A stretch of 64,000 bases of DNA from an uncultured Gammaproteobacteria bacterium. GTDB taxonomy: Bacteria > Patescibacteriota > Patescibacteriia > UBA10025 > JAHIVO01. The notes beneath the pieces are model-generated. The model was not told where the DNA came from and ran no database searches. It saw only the letters and a program-made list of their open reading frames with translations. Location: NCBI GenBank assembly GCA_964415025.1, contig CAYPXF010000006.1, positions 58 to 64,057 on the forward strand, in the 5' to 3' direction. Both the position numbers and the translations under genes were made by a program. Shown piece by piece: positions 1 to 12,000 of the stretch (its first letter is position 1; each line of letters starts with the position of its first letter).

Positions 1-16
1 ACGTGAGTACAATCAG

Positions 17-3000
17 CTAAAAATTCGCCGTAGCGATAAAGGTAATACTGGTCGTATACTGGCCTGCCTCAGTCTGGCCGCTGATATTGGCAATATAGTA
101 CAGACTAATTGTCTCCGTAGCAGTAGCAGTTGATTCAGAGACTAATGTCTCCTTGCTGTCAGCAATAAAGGTATAATCTGCTGCCGCGCCGCCAGTATCA
201 TAATCATAGCCTGCGGCAATGGTCGCGTCAGTGCCGGCCGAGGCACTAATAGCAAACTGCTCGGTGCCGGGCGTGCCGTTTTCGTCATTTGTCCAGGTAG
301 CTACGTCTATGCTATCTGACCCGTTCGTGAGCGTCGATCCACTATATGTGATCGAATATCCGTTATCCGCATTGGTAGTGATTTGCAGAGTGTGAGCCGG
401 GGTCGCAGTAGCCGAACCGGTCTCATCGCCGGTGGCCCAGGTAGCGGCTGTACTGGATAAAGAGCCAAAGCCGACGCCCATGTCCGGTCCGGTATCAGCA
501 ATACTGAATGATAATGTATTGAAATTCCAGCAGTCGTTATTAGTCGCGTCGAAGTTGGTGCCGTCAGTCGCGTCTATGGTATCGCCGCCGCACGCGTTTG
601 AATCACGGACATCGGTATTTGACACAAACTGGGTGCCGCTGCTGATCAAGTTCCACTGGGTACCGGTCGATGATGACCGCAGGAAAACGCGCGTACCCTC
701 GGCCTGGCCGTCGAAATCAATATTGTTAAAGGTGTAATCACTGCCCGCGTTAAACTGCAGCTGGGTGCTGGCCGTATTGGCCGTGAAATTATTGGCAGTC
801 TGGGCGGCGGCGCCAAAAATAACATCAGGATCACTGCCGCCGGCGTTGGTAATAGTGAGATTATAAAACTGGCCGCCTGCTCCTGTTAATGTCCCCTCAA
901 AAGTTTGCTGCGCAGACCCGTCAGCCGTCACCGTACTGCTGCGTGCCGTAAACGTGTCGTTGTTAGTCCAATCCCCGCCAATGGCAATACTGTTATTCTC
1001 GCCACTCTTCGTATCGAGCGTACCGCCGGTGATTGTCAGGTCATCATTCACGTCAAACGCTGACTCCAGCTGGAACGTATCACCGTCAGCCGCGTCATTT
1101 AACACCACCGCGTAGAAATCATCCTTTGTGGCACCGGTGGAATCAATAGTCACCGTGCCGGCGCTGACTGACGACGCGTCAAAAGTAACCGTACCTGACC
1201 GCGCTTCAAACGTATCACTGTTACTCCAGTTACCGCCGACCGTGATCGCGTTGTTTTCCACTGACACAACATCGAGCGTACCGTCGGTAATAGTGAGATT
1301 ACCATTGAGGGTAATCGGATCTTCTACTTCCACGGTCAGGCTACCGCCGCCACCGTCATTGACAGTAACATTATTCAGGTCACAGGTATTGCACGTCGGG
1401 CTAATCACCAGATTAGACGTTCCGGTCGTGTCATTAAAAGTAATGGTAGACGTATCCGGATAATATCTGGCACCAGAGCTCACCGTAAAATCACCGCCCA
1501 GCTCAATAAACGTTGCATCGCCCTCTCCGTCATCAGTGGCATCCATAACACCATCGATAAGTATATCTGTCTCGATCGCCACATCATAGCCATTAGTATT
1601 GAAAATATCACTGCTTCCTACACGCAGGCTCTTGGCTTTCAGGTCCGAGGACAAATCAGTCGTATCCGGCGATGCGCCGATCCACAGCGTGCCCATATCC
1701 TGGAGCGTAGCCGTACTGTCAGTAAAGGTGAGATCACCGTCAAACACGACTTTACCCGTGCCAGATGCTTTGGTAAAAGTCGTGCCAGAAGCAAGAGTAA
1801 AATTACCAGCCACGTTCAGGTCGCTGTCCGCCGCCTGGGTAAAGGCGGCCGTGTCAGCCAGGTCAAAGGTGCCGTCCACGTCCATAGCGCCCACCTGGCT
1901 GATAGTGCCGGTGCTGGAGGCCTTATAATTATAAATAGTCTGGCCGCCCGGCGTGATAGACTTGGAGGCGCCGTCCATATGGAAAGTATGATCGGTGGTT
2001 GCCGTTACAGTACAATTTGTCAGATCGACATCACCGGTCACCTGGTAGGTGCCGGTGCCGGTATTAATATTATTGGTGCCTGTACCAGCACAGGAAACCG
2101 AACCGCCTATATCCAGTGACGGGTTATTTTCCGTACCGGATAATGTCGCCGCATTGGTGCCGTCACCAATTATGAGATTATTATTTATATCCAAATCTCC
2201 CGACACTGGCAGCGTATGCGTGGCCGTCCCGCTGGGCTTAATTTCCAAATTATAATAACTGCCGTCTAATACCACGCCATCTATGCTGTCAATGTTAGTT
2301 GCGCCAGCTCCAGTATACCTGAACGTCGAGGTGCCACCCGTAATACGGCCATTTGTAGTAATAGGTGTACCTGTCCCGGTGATAATCCATGTCTTCGGTC
2401 CGGCATTTAATGTATGCTCTTTATCTCCCAGATTAAAACATGACGCCACGGCTAGTGTACCATTTACGGTCACGCTCCCTGTGCCCGTAGCGGTCGTCGT
2501 ATAAGCACCACAAACCGGCAAATAAAATTCTAGATTATTAAATGTCCAGTTGCTCGCACCGCCCATATTGCCGGTACCCGCGATGCGGAACGTAGCGCCA
2601 GTCCAATCCACCACCCCGTCGCCGGTGAGATCGCCGCCCTTGACCGTAAAGTTGTTTGACCCGGACAAGGTTGAGCCCGACCCGACAGTCACGTCATTAT
2701 TCACGGTAACGGCACTGGCAACGGTAATAGTACCCGCACCAGATGTTTGGAAATCATATAACGGATCACCTGACGTAGTCAGGGTAGCGGCATCATCTAT
2801 GTGTAATACATTGCCGGTCGCCGCCGTATAATCTCCGCCCGTAAAATCAACATCATCAGTCACTGTCCAGGTGCCCGTGCCAGACGTAATAGTTGGACTG
2901 CCGTCACCTACACCGGAAAAGCTAAGCGATCCAGTAATATTCATGGTCGGATTATTCGTGGCGCCGTCAATAGTCAGGCTGTTACCGTTTTCAACTACGC

Positions 3001-6000
3001 CGGTTAAATTATAGGCAATCGTATGCTCACCCGCACCCAGCTCAATCGTGCGGTCTGTTGTTCCTGAATTGGTGTACAGTTCCACACTGCCGCCGTATGA
3101 TCGCGCCGGCATGGTGCTCGTATTGCCATTGGTCGCGTCAAAACGGATTTGCGTGTTAATCACGCCGCCCGTTGGTATGACGGTCGCGGAATCTATAACC
3201 AAATACCCCGAATCCCGGATCGCATTAACGATCGAGCCATTGAGCGTAAATGAACTGCCGGTCCAGATTACATTAACACTGTCGATTGACAAGATGTCGC
3301 CGGTATCCACATAGAGCTGATTATCAATAGTTATATTATCCGTCTCCACTGCCACGGTCGCGGCGCCGCCGTTTGAATCCACGACCAGGTTATTAAACGT
3401 GGCGCCGTTTGATTGGAGCGTACCCGAGTCCGTCCATATCAAATCAGCCGTATCCGCAGAAACCGTTGTCTGGATAGTGAGGTCACCTGTCAAAAAATAA
3501 TTACCAGCATTAAAGGTATAGGTCGGCGTGCCGCTGGCCGGCTGGAGATACAGATTATTATATGATTTTGTCTGCTCAATAGTCGTGGCTGATGTGCCGG
3601 TGTACTTAAATGTAGACGTCTGGCCATCCAGGCTGCCGTTACCTGCGCCTCCGTCAGCCTGATCATGAAATACCGTGCCTGATCCGCTCAATATCCAGTC
3701 TTTGCCCCCGGCAGCAAGCTGGTGACTGTACCAATATTCACTGACCATCGAATAATTAGCCTGTATTGTCAGCTGATTGGTGATAGTGATACTACCGCTG
3801 CCTGTGGCGCTAGTAGTGTAATCAGTAGTACCACTGTGCTGGAATATTAAATCATAAAATGCCCAGGCACTATCACCGCCAAAATTATTGCTCCCATTAA
3901 CGATATTAAACGAACCCCCACTCATATTGATAGTGCCGTTACCGGTCACATCATCATCGACTTGGATATTCGAATCGCCAATAATAGTACCGTTAGTTAC
4001 GGTTAAATTGCCGTCGATTCCACAGCCGTTTTCAAATTCCCATTCACCGCCCACACCGTCAAAAGTCATATTATTATGCGTTGAAGCAAAATAAAGCGTT
4101 TCCCCTGTCGAGGTTGAAGTAAACTTTGTTGTATTACTTCCTGGTATATATGCGTCAATCGTATCAGCTCTCCAAGATCCACCTATGGTGACATCGTGAT
4201 CGGTCGCGTTAAATGTCGCGTCATTATCAATATGAATGTCCCCGCCCTGTTGCGTAGTTACTGTTCCTCCAGGGGCATAGGTATCACTATTCCATACGTG
4301 CAGGCCAACATTTACGTCGATAGTAAGGTTATTGGTGGATACCGCATACTTCACGTCGTCGTCACTGTCATCACCAGTAGCCAGATTGGCGTTGGTTATC
4401 GATCCAGTATCCGCGCGAACAATAACCCAGTCCTGATATACATCCACATTACTCTGGTCAGTACCGTCTGAAACGTATACTGTCGTGCCTTCTTCTGTTT
4501 CATTTTCCAGGTATACGGTGATTACATCTCCTGATGCTATCGTCAGTCCGGTGATGCTCCAGCCTCCGTCTGCGGCTGAACATTCAGTCGTATCAGCACC
4601 GGCGCCGTCAATGCGGAGATTGACTGTCTTCGCACCGGCTGAACAGTCGATAGCGGTCGTGCCTTCGTCACTGTATAATGTCCCTGAAATAGTGGCTCCA
4701 CAACTTCCCCCGGCAGAAATACTCCAGTCTGTATTATTACCCCCGTCATTCGAATACGTCGCGCAAAAGGCCACGCCGGTATTAGTCGAGTATGATACGT
4801 CAACATATGACACGTCAGCCGCCGTGGGATTGACGGTCCAGGCGCTGGTGGTCGAGGACTGCAGTGTCACCAGCTGGCCGCTGGCGCCCGTTACCGTCCA
4901 GGTACCGGAAATGGTCTGTGTCGTACCGGCCGTAAACGTCATGGTCTTGACCGCGCCAATACCCGAGACCGTAAAATCATTAAACGTCGTACTTCCGCTG
5001 ATCGTGGCGGTTGCCGTAGTCGTAAACTGGACCGTGCCGCTGTTATGCGTAAAGGTATTGCTGTTTGACCAGCTGCCCTGCACGTACAGGATACCGTTGG
5101 TACTGGTCAATGAGCCGCTACCGCCGATAGATAGGTCATGGACAGTCACATTACCGCTGTCAATCGTCACACTGCCTGACGCAGTGAAGTCATACAGCAT
5201 CTTGCCGCTGGCGTACAGTGTTTTGCTTGCCCCGTCCATGACAATACTATTGCCGCTGGTCGCGTTAAAGGTATCGCAATTTGATAAATCCATGTTGCCA
5301 CTCATAGTCCAGACGTCAGTACCAGTAGTTACCGTATTCGTGCCAGCTCCGGTTGTACAGCTGAACGTGCCATCTACATCCACGGTAGAGTCATACGTGT
5401 CTGCTTCAAACGTGACCGTATTCGTGCCGTCGCCGACTACCATATTACTTGTCGCGGCGATAAAAGTGCCATAGACTGTGTAGGTCGGCGACCCGCCGGT
5501 CGGCTTAAACTCTACATTATTATATGTCTGCGGCTCAATATTGGTCGCGCTAGTGCCCATATATCGCACGGTGGATGTCTGCGCTATAAATGAGTCCTGG
5601 CTCACGCCATCCTCATCTACCAGCGGCCGGCCTGATCCGCTCAATATCCAGTCCTTACTGCCAGCATTGAGATTATGGGAGCGGTAGTCATCACCGGTAC
5701 CATAATATGTCGATTCCAGCGTCATCACATTAGTGACAGTAATACTGCCCGAACCGGTAGCTGTTGTGTCAACCTCTACTGTACCAGAATGCCCAAACGT
5801 TAGATTATAAAATGTCCAGCCAGTGTCCCCACCAAAATTATTACTGCCATTGCTTACCTGGAACGTGCCGCCGGTCAGATTAATCGTGCCGTCACCGGTA
5901 ACATGGTCATCCACGTATATATCAGCCGTGCCGGACAGCGTGCCCGCGGTCATGGTCAGATCGCCGTATATATTACCAGTCGTGGTAAACGACCAGCCGC

Positions 6001-9000
6001 CGCCTGACCCGTTGAATACTACATCGTCAAAGTATGTACCGCCGAGATCTATGCCAAAGCCAGTGCCTGTCGCGGTAAACGTGGTCGTGTGCGGTATGCT
6101 GCGTCCAAATGTACCGCTATTGTCAAAATCACCACCCACTGACAAGGCGTTACTAGAAATATTCAAATTTGCTCCAGTAGCGATGACGACATCACCGGAT
6201 GATCCGCTGGCCGTACTGCTCGGTGAGGTGGTCACTGTTCCGCCCGGCTGGAATACGCTGCTGGCCCATATGTACAGTCCGCTGCCGCTCGATACTGTCA
6301 GATTACCGGACGTCACCGTAAATATAACATCACTGTCATTACCACTGTCATAATTATCCAGCTCGGTATTGCTTAATGCATCAAACGCGCTCTCGGTCCG
6401 GGTGATCAGGTTGTTTTGGTACAGGTCAAAATCACTAATATCATCATACGGATTTTGTATCTCCGTAACCGTGGTGGCATTAGGCGTCTCATTATCCAGG
6501 AATACCGTCATAATATCGCCTTCGGCAGACAGGTCGACACTGCTGACTGTAAACGAACCGTCTGCTGCCGTACAGGTACCGGTATTGGTGCCTGCGCCGT
6601 TTACCTTAATACTGACCGTCAGATTGTTTGCAGAACAGTCATACTGGGTCGAGCCAGTATCACTGTAAATCGTACCGGATATATTGACCGGACCAAAGTC
6701 CCAGCAGTTGTTATTCCCCGAATTTACGTTCGAAGAATCAGTTACGTCTATGGTTGTGCCGCCGCACGCGTTCGAATCCTGGACATCAATATTAACGATA
6801 GATTGTCCGTGTAAGTTTCCGTAAGTAAAATCATACTGCGTCCCTGGATTATCAGAACGGAACGTCACGCCACTGGCAGACTGGCCATTGATAGAAATAC
6901 CATAGGCACTGTATTCAGACGCATCATTGAAACGTATATAAACCCCCTGTGTGGTAATAGTTAATGTGCCCTGAATTTCCACATCACCACCTGTGAAAAT
7001 AACCCCGGGGTCAGTGTCAGGATCAGTGCCAGACGTATTGGTAATGGTCATGTGATACAAGCCATTGGGTGATAGCAGTCCGGCACCAGTGTTAATTGTC
7101 TGGGGTGATGAGCCGCCAAGGTACACGTGCCCGAGGTTATTAACAATTGACCCACCGTTATAAGCAAAGTTACCATTAATATTAAGAGCAGCAGTATTTG
7201 ATGCGGCGAATGAAGTATAGGGATTGATAGTGAGCGTCCCAGTGACAGTAAACGTCGGGTCATTTGTATTGAGGTTAAATTCTGTATCGCCCGACCCGCC
7301 GTCCTGCGTCAGTGTCAAATCACGATCCACCTCTATCGTACCGCTGGCCGCGGTGACTGTATTCGACGTCGCGTTACCGTAAATCTCCACATGCTGGTAA
7401 TCAGTCCGCTCGGACATGGTGACATTATTACTCGTACTATCAAAACGGATAGTAATCGGCGGGTTTGATGCGATAGAGCCTGTGGTAGGAAAAGCAGTCG
7501 TGGACTTATAGACAAGGGTGCCTTCACCGTCTATATATCCAGAAAAAGTAAAGATAGCGGATGAATCTACGGTCAGTGTCCGACCCGACTCAATGCTCAA
7601 AACATTACCTGTCGCAACATTAAGCGTACCGCTAACTATGGGGTCGTCTGTACCAGCACTGTCCACGTCGACATCCCCCAAAAAATCGGCTGGGTCGATC
7701 GTCAAGTTATTAAATGTGGTATCGTTCGTTCCGCTGATTGATCCGCCGGCCAGGGTAATAGTGCTCGTCCCGGCGGTGAAAGCACCGTTATTTATCCAGC
7801 CGTTATCTACTTTCATATTTTTATCATTCGTAGAAAACGTCACGCCCGAATCAATAGTAAAGCTGTTAGCAATAGGGATAGTCTGCGTGGTGCTGGTATG
7901 GATAGCCGCGTCTTCAATTATTTTAAGATTGTAAAAACTGTGGGATTCTGATTCAACATCATAAAATAAACGCTGGGTATGGGTCGTACCCTGGCAAATG
8001 GCGCCGCCTGTTACCGTGGAAGTAGTAAAGGTGCCGCCATTATAAATCAAAATATTAGACGCGGTAATATTACAGCCATTGGCATCAGGATTAGTACCGG
8101 AAATCATATTAAACGTTAGACTGCCTGACCGCTGCATTTCCCAGGAGCCGTTGGTGCCGCCGCCGTATGCTCCGGTATGATGACTGCCGCCATAGAGGTT
8201 AATCGTGGCGCCATTGTTCCATTGGAAGTAGCGCCCAGCATCTATACTGCCGTCATTTAGATTCACAGTGGTACTGGCACCATCAACCAGAAAATCAGCT
8301 GACGAACCTTCCAGATCTATATCCGCGCCGCTATTAATATCCAGCGTACCGCCGTCCATGTCAAAATCATCGGCCACATCAACCACCGAAGAAATTTCCA
8401 GCGTACCGCCGTCCATATCTATATTGTCATTGATATCGACGGTGTTAGAAATAGTGACATCGCCAGCATCAATATCCAATAAATCCTGAATAACGGTAGT
8501 CCCCCCGCTTAAGTTAACCGTAGCGCCGCTGTTTACCCGCAGATCCTCATCCGTGCTATTGCCGATAGTAAATGTTGCCGCCGTATGATTTAGCGTGCCG
8601 GTCACATCTACGGCTATACCGGCTCCATTGACATTCGTCGTCTGCTGCACATTGAGGATAGCGCTGGTATCGATCGTGATTTCAGCGGCAATCGTATTCG
8701 TGGCCGTATCCAGATACAGTGTTGCGCCGTCGTCCACGTGTACATCGCCGCCCGTGCCCTGGGTCGTGACCGTGCCGCCCGGATCATACGTATCACCGGT
8801 CCACACATGCAGCTCAAATCCAGAATCAAACGTAACATTGCCCGACGAGACATCGAATTTAATATCATCGTCCCCGGCGTCGCGGTCGCCGGATTCTAGA
8901 TTAGTATTAGTGATAGATGCGCCCGTGTCATTCCGTACTATCACCGCGTTCTGAAATACGTCGATATTTGTTTGATTAGTACCGTCAGTCTTAAATACCG

Positions 9001-12000
9001 TGGTACCTTCATACGTGCCGTGGTCGTCCAAATATACCGTAATAATATCGCCGCTGGATGCGGATACGCCGGTCACTGACCAATCGCCATTGGTATCAGT
9101 GGTATCAGAACCAGCGCTAACTCCATTCACGTCAACCTGCACGGTCACGCCGGAGCCTACATTCGTAGACTCGTCCTCCTGGTAGGCAGTGCCGGACAAC
9201 GTAATACCAGAGCTCACACAGCCGTCGCACTGGGCGATAACGAAATCTACATAGGGCGGCGTATGGTCGGCAGAATTATACTCAGCAGTAATCGTGTGCG
9301 TATGCGTACCGCTGGCGTAGTTTGAGCCACCGCTGGCGCTCACGGTCGCGCTCGGCGTACCGCTAGGGCCACTAGTCGTACCGCTGTGGCTATGGGTGTT
9401 TGCGCCTGTCTGCGTACCTTCAGTAGTGGCATGCCCCCTGATAAAGCGTTGGTAATAATCCTCTGCCGCGCCGTCAGATATGACGTTCCAGCCAGTACCC
9501 GGATCACCGTCAAAAAGCCCAATAAAATTACTAGGTATGGTTTGGGCCGTAGTATTAGTCTGCTCATAAATAAGACTGGTCACATAGGCGGGAATAGACG
9601 TAGCTCCTGCAACGCGAGAAGGATCTGGCGCGCTGTGTGTATGCGAATCACTTGCCGCAAAATCACCAAGCAATGGGTCTAATTCCTGAATAGTACCACT
9701 CACTGCACCCAGAGAATTCCAGGTCACAACATGTTCATGCGTATCGCTACCGCCAGTCGTATGTGAATTGTCAAGCCTTACCAGCCGGCTATCAGCGCTG
9801 CTGAAGCGGGTCCAAGAGCCGCCAGGGTCTGCATCAAAAAATCCGAATGAATTATCTGGTATAGTAGTGGGTACACCGGTATCGTTTTTCCATATATAAA
9901 AGGTGTGATGCGCTGGATTATTATCAGCATTGTCTACTGACGGATCCACCGTAAGATGAGTATGAGTAGAAGTGGCGACCCATGAACAACGACGGGAACA
10001 GGTCGTGCCATAGGTAGACGACGGCCCACTCACACTGGTGTGATGGATAGTATGACTATGGGTGGCATTGCCGCCACCAGTCACGCTAAATGAAGCTGCT
10101 CCACGCAGAAAATCGCTGTCAAACGTGGCCGTATCATCGGTCCAGCCTGTTGGCGCCGAGGCTGTGTTAGCCAATACATACATATACACCACGTCAATAG
10201 CCATTTGCCACTGCCGTCCCTCGTCCCAGTCACCCACACGCGCCGGACCCACGAGATATAACGCCGGGCTGACTTCTGGTGTTTTGAAATTATAGTTGAG
10301 CTCGATTGTCTGGCCAGCAGAAATAATACGATTCCACACGATTTCTTTAACCGTTTTGTTACCTCGTGGCACTTCCCGAATAGTAGCGTCATCCAGAATT
10401 TCTATGTCATACACGCCAGGTACAACTTCCACTATTTCTCCCTCATAATCATCCTGTGCATATACTTCTAATTTCATCGGCTGGTAAATATACGGGAAAA
10501 CACGGGTCGGCCCGTCTCGGCGTATAGTATAGGCTGGATCATCTTCTGCCCAAAATAAATCGTCCAGCACGCGCGTGCCGTTGGCATGTGTGGCTTCAAT
10601 ACGCACGTCATACTGCCCTACCGTGTTGGCTGAATAATTACCATAATAATCAGGTCCCCGATAATCCCCTTTAAAACGGCAGTATTCACTGACACTGATG
10701 CTGCCGTTCGTAGTCGTTAACATGGTGACCCGGCCTGACGGGCTGGTTATGGTCATGTTTACTTCTGCGTCGCAGACCATGTCACCGGCATCGTCAAGAA
10801 CGCCGATAGAAAGCAGGCTGTCCTGGCCGGTTTGATAAATAGACTGATCTGGGTTAAAAGCCAGCACACCCCAGGTGAACTCCTCAACCACTTGCTCGAC
10901 AACGCCATCCTGCTCAATGGTCAGTGCTACCCGGTATTTACCCGGTTTATCAAATACCGACGTATCGACAGTATATTCAGCCTTTGTCACGTCGCCGACA
11001 CGGACATCCTTCTTCTCGAGCGGTGCATCAATTGTTTCGCCATCCGGCGATATAATTTCAACTTTTTTAATATCGCGCGTAGTCGGATCAGCGCCAAGAA
11101 AGTCAAAAAATGCTTCTTCCTCTACAGCTACATCAATCACCGGATCTTCATCCGCAGCCAAATCTGTATCCGCGATAGTTACACTCTCCTGGATCGCCTG
11201 GCTGGCCGGATGCGGCTCCTGCAGTCCTGCTTCAATCACCACCGCATCGAGATACGCCGTAGCTGATTGATCACCGGTCGCCGCATCATAGCGCACACCG
11301 AAACGCAAGCGTGATAAATCAGCCGCGGATTCTAGATATGGCATGAGCGAAAATTTCCAATACCCTTCATTCGTGCTGTTATTCATCGCTTCATACAGCG
11401 GCTGGGTTCCTAATACTTCCCAGGTTTGCCCATCATCTACGGAGAGTAAAAAAGTGATTACGTCTTCATTACCAGCATACGTATCCGCGGCCAATGATAT
11501 GAGTACGCTGGCATGCTGCAGCAGTACATCAGCCGGGACCGTATCGGGCAAACGGTAATCGCCTGCTTCAAACAGTGCTTCCACTGGTGTGGCAATTAGC
11601 TCGTCGCTAACTGACACCTCATCGCCCAGCACCTGGGGATTTGATTCCGTAGCCGGTAACGGCTGGCTGCTGGTGTTTTTCATAACCGTTTCAGGTGGTG
11701 CTGTTGTGCCCTGTTCTGCCGAGGCTTGGTTTAGTGGCGCTGTTTGTACCGGCCGATTAGCATATACCGCGGAGTTTTTATCAGTAAACGCGCCGAGGCC
11801 GGCAGTAGAGGGCAAATCCAAATACCGCGCATTGTCTGGATACTGCCAGCCGCTGACTGTGGCCGGCTCGAGTGTGATACTGTACTCTTTTTGCTCTGGA
11901 GCGCCTGCCTGGATAGTATAGACATAACTAAAAAATATTGCCTGGACCGCAACAAAAGCAAAGGCTACTATTCCGGCGGAATACACAAATACTGAAAACT

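Noticed and set aside
432-11995. Many plus-strand ORFs of 60-330 aa over the giant gene
   Set aside because: Antisense shadows of Thr/Gly/Asp-rich codons (Val/Pro/Ser-rich), with no independent signals
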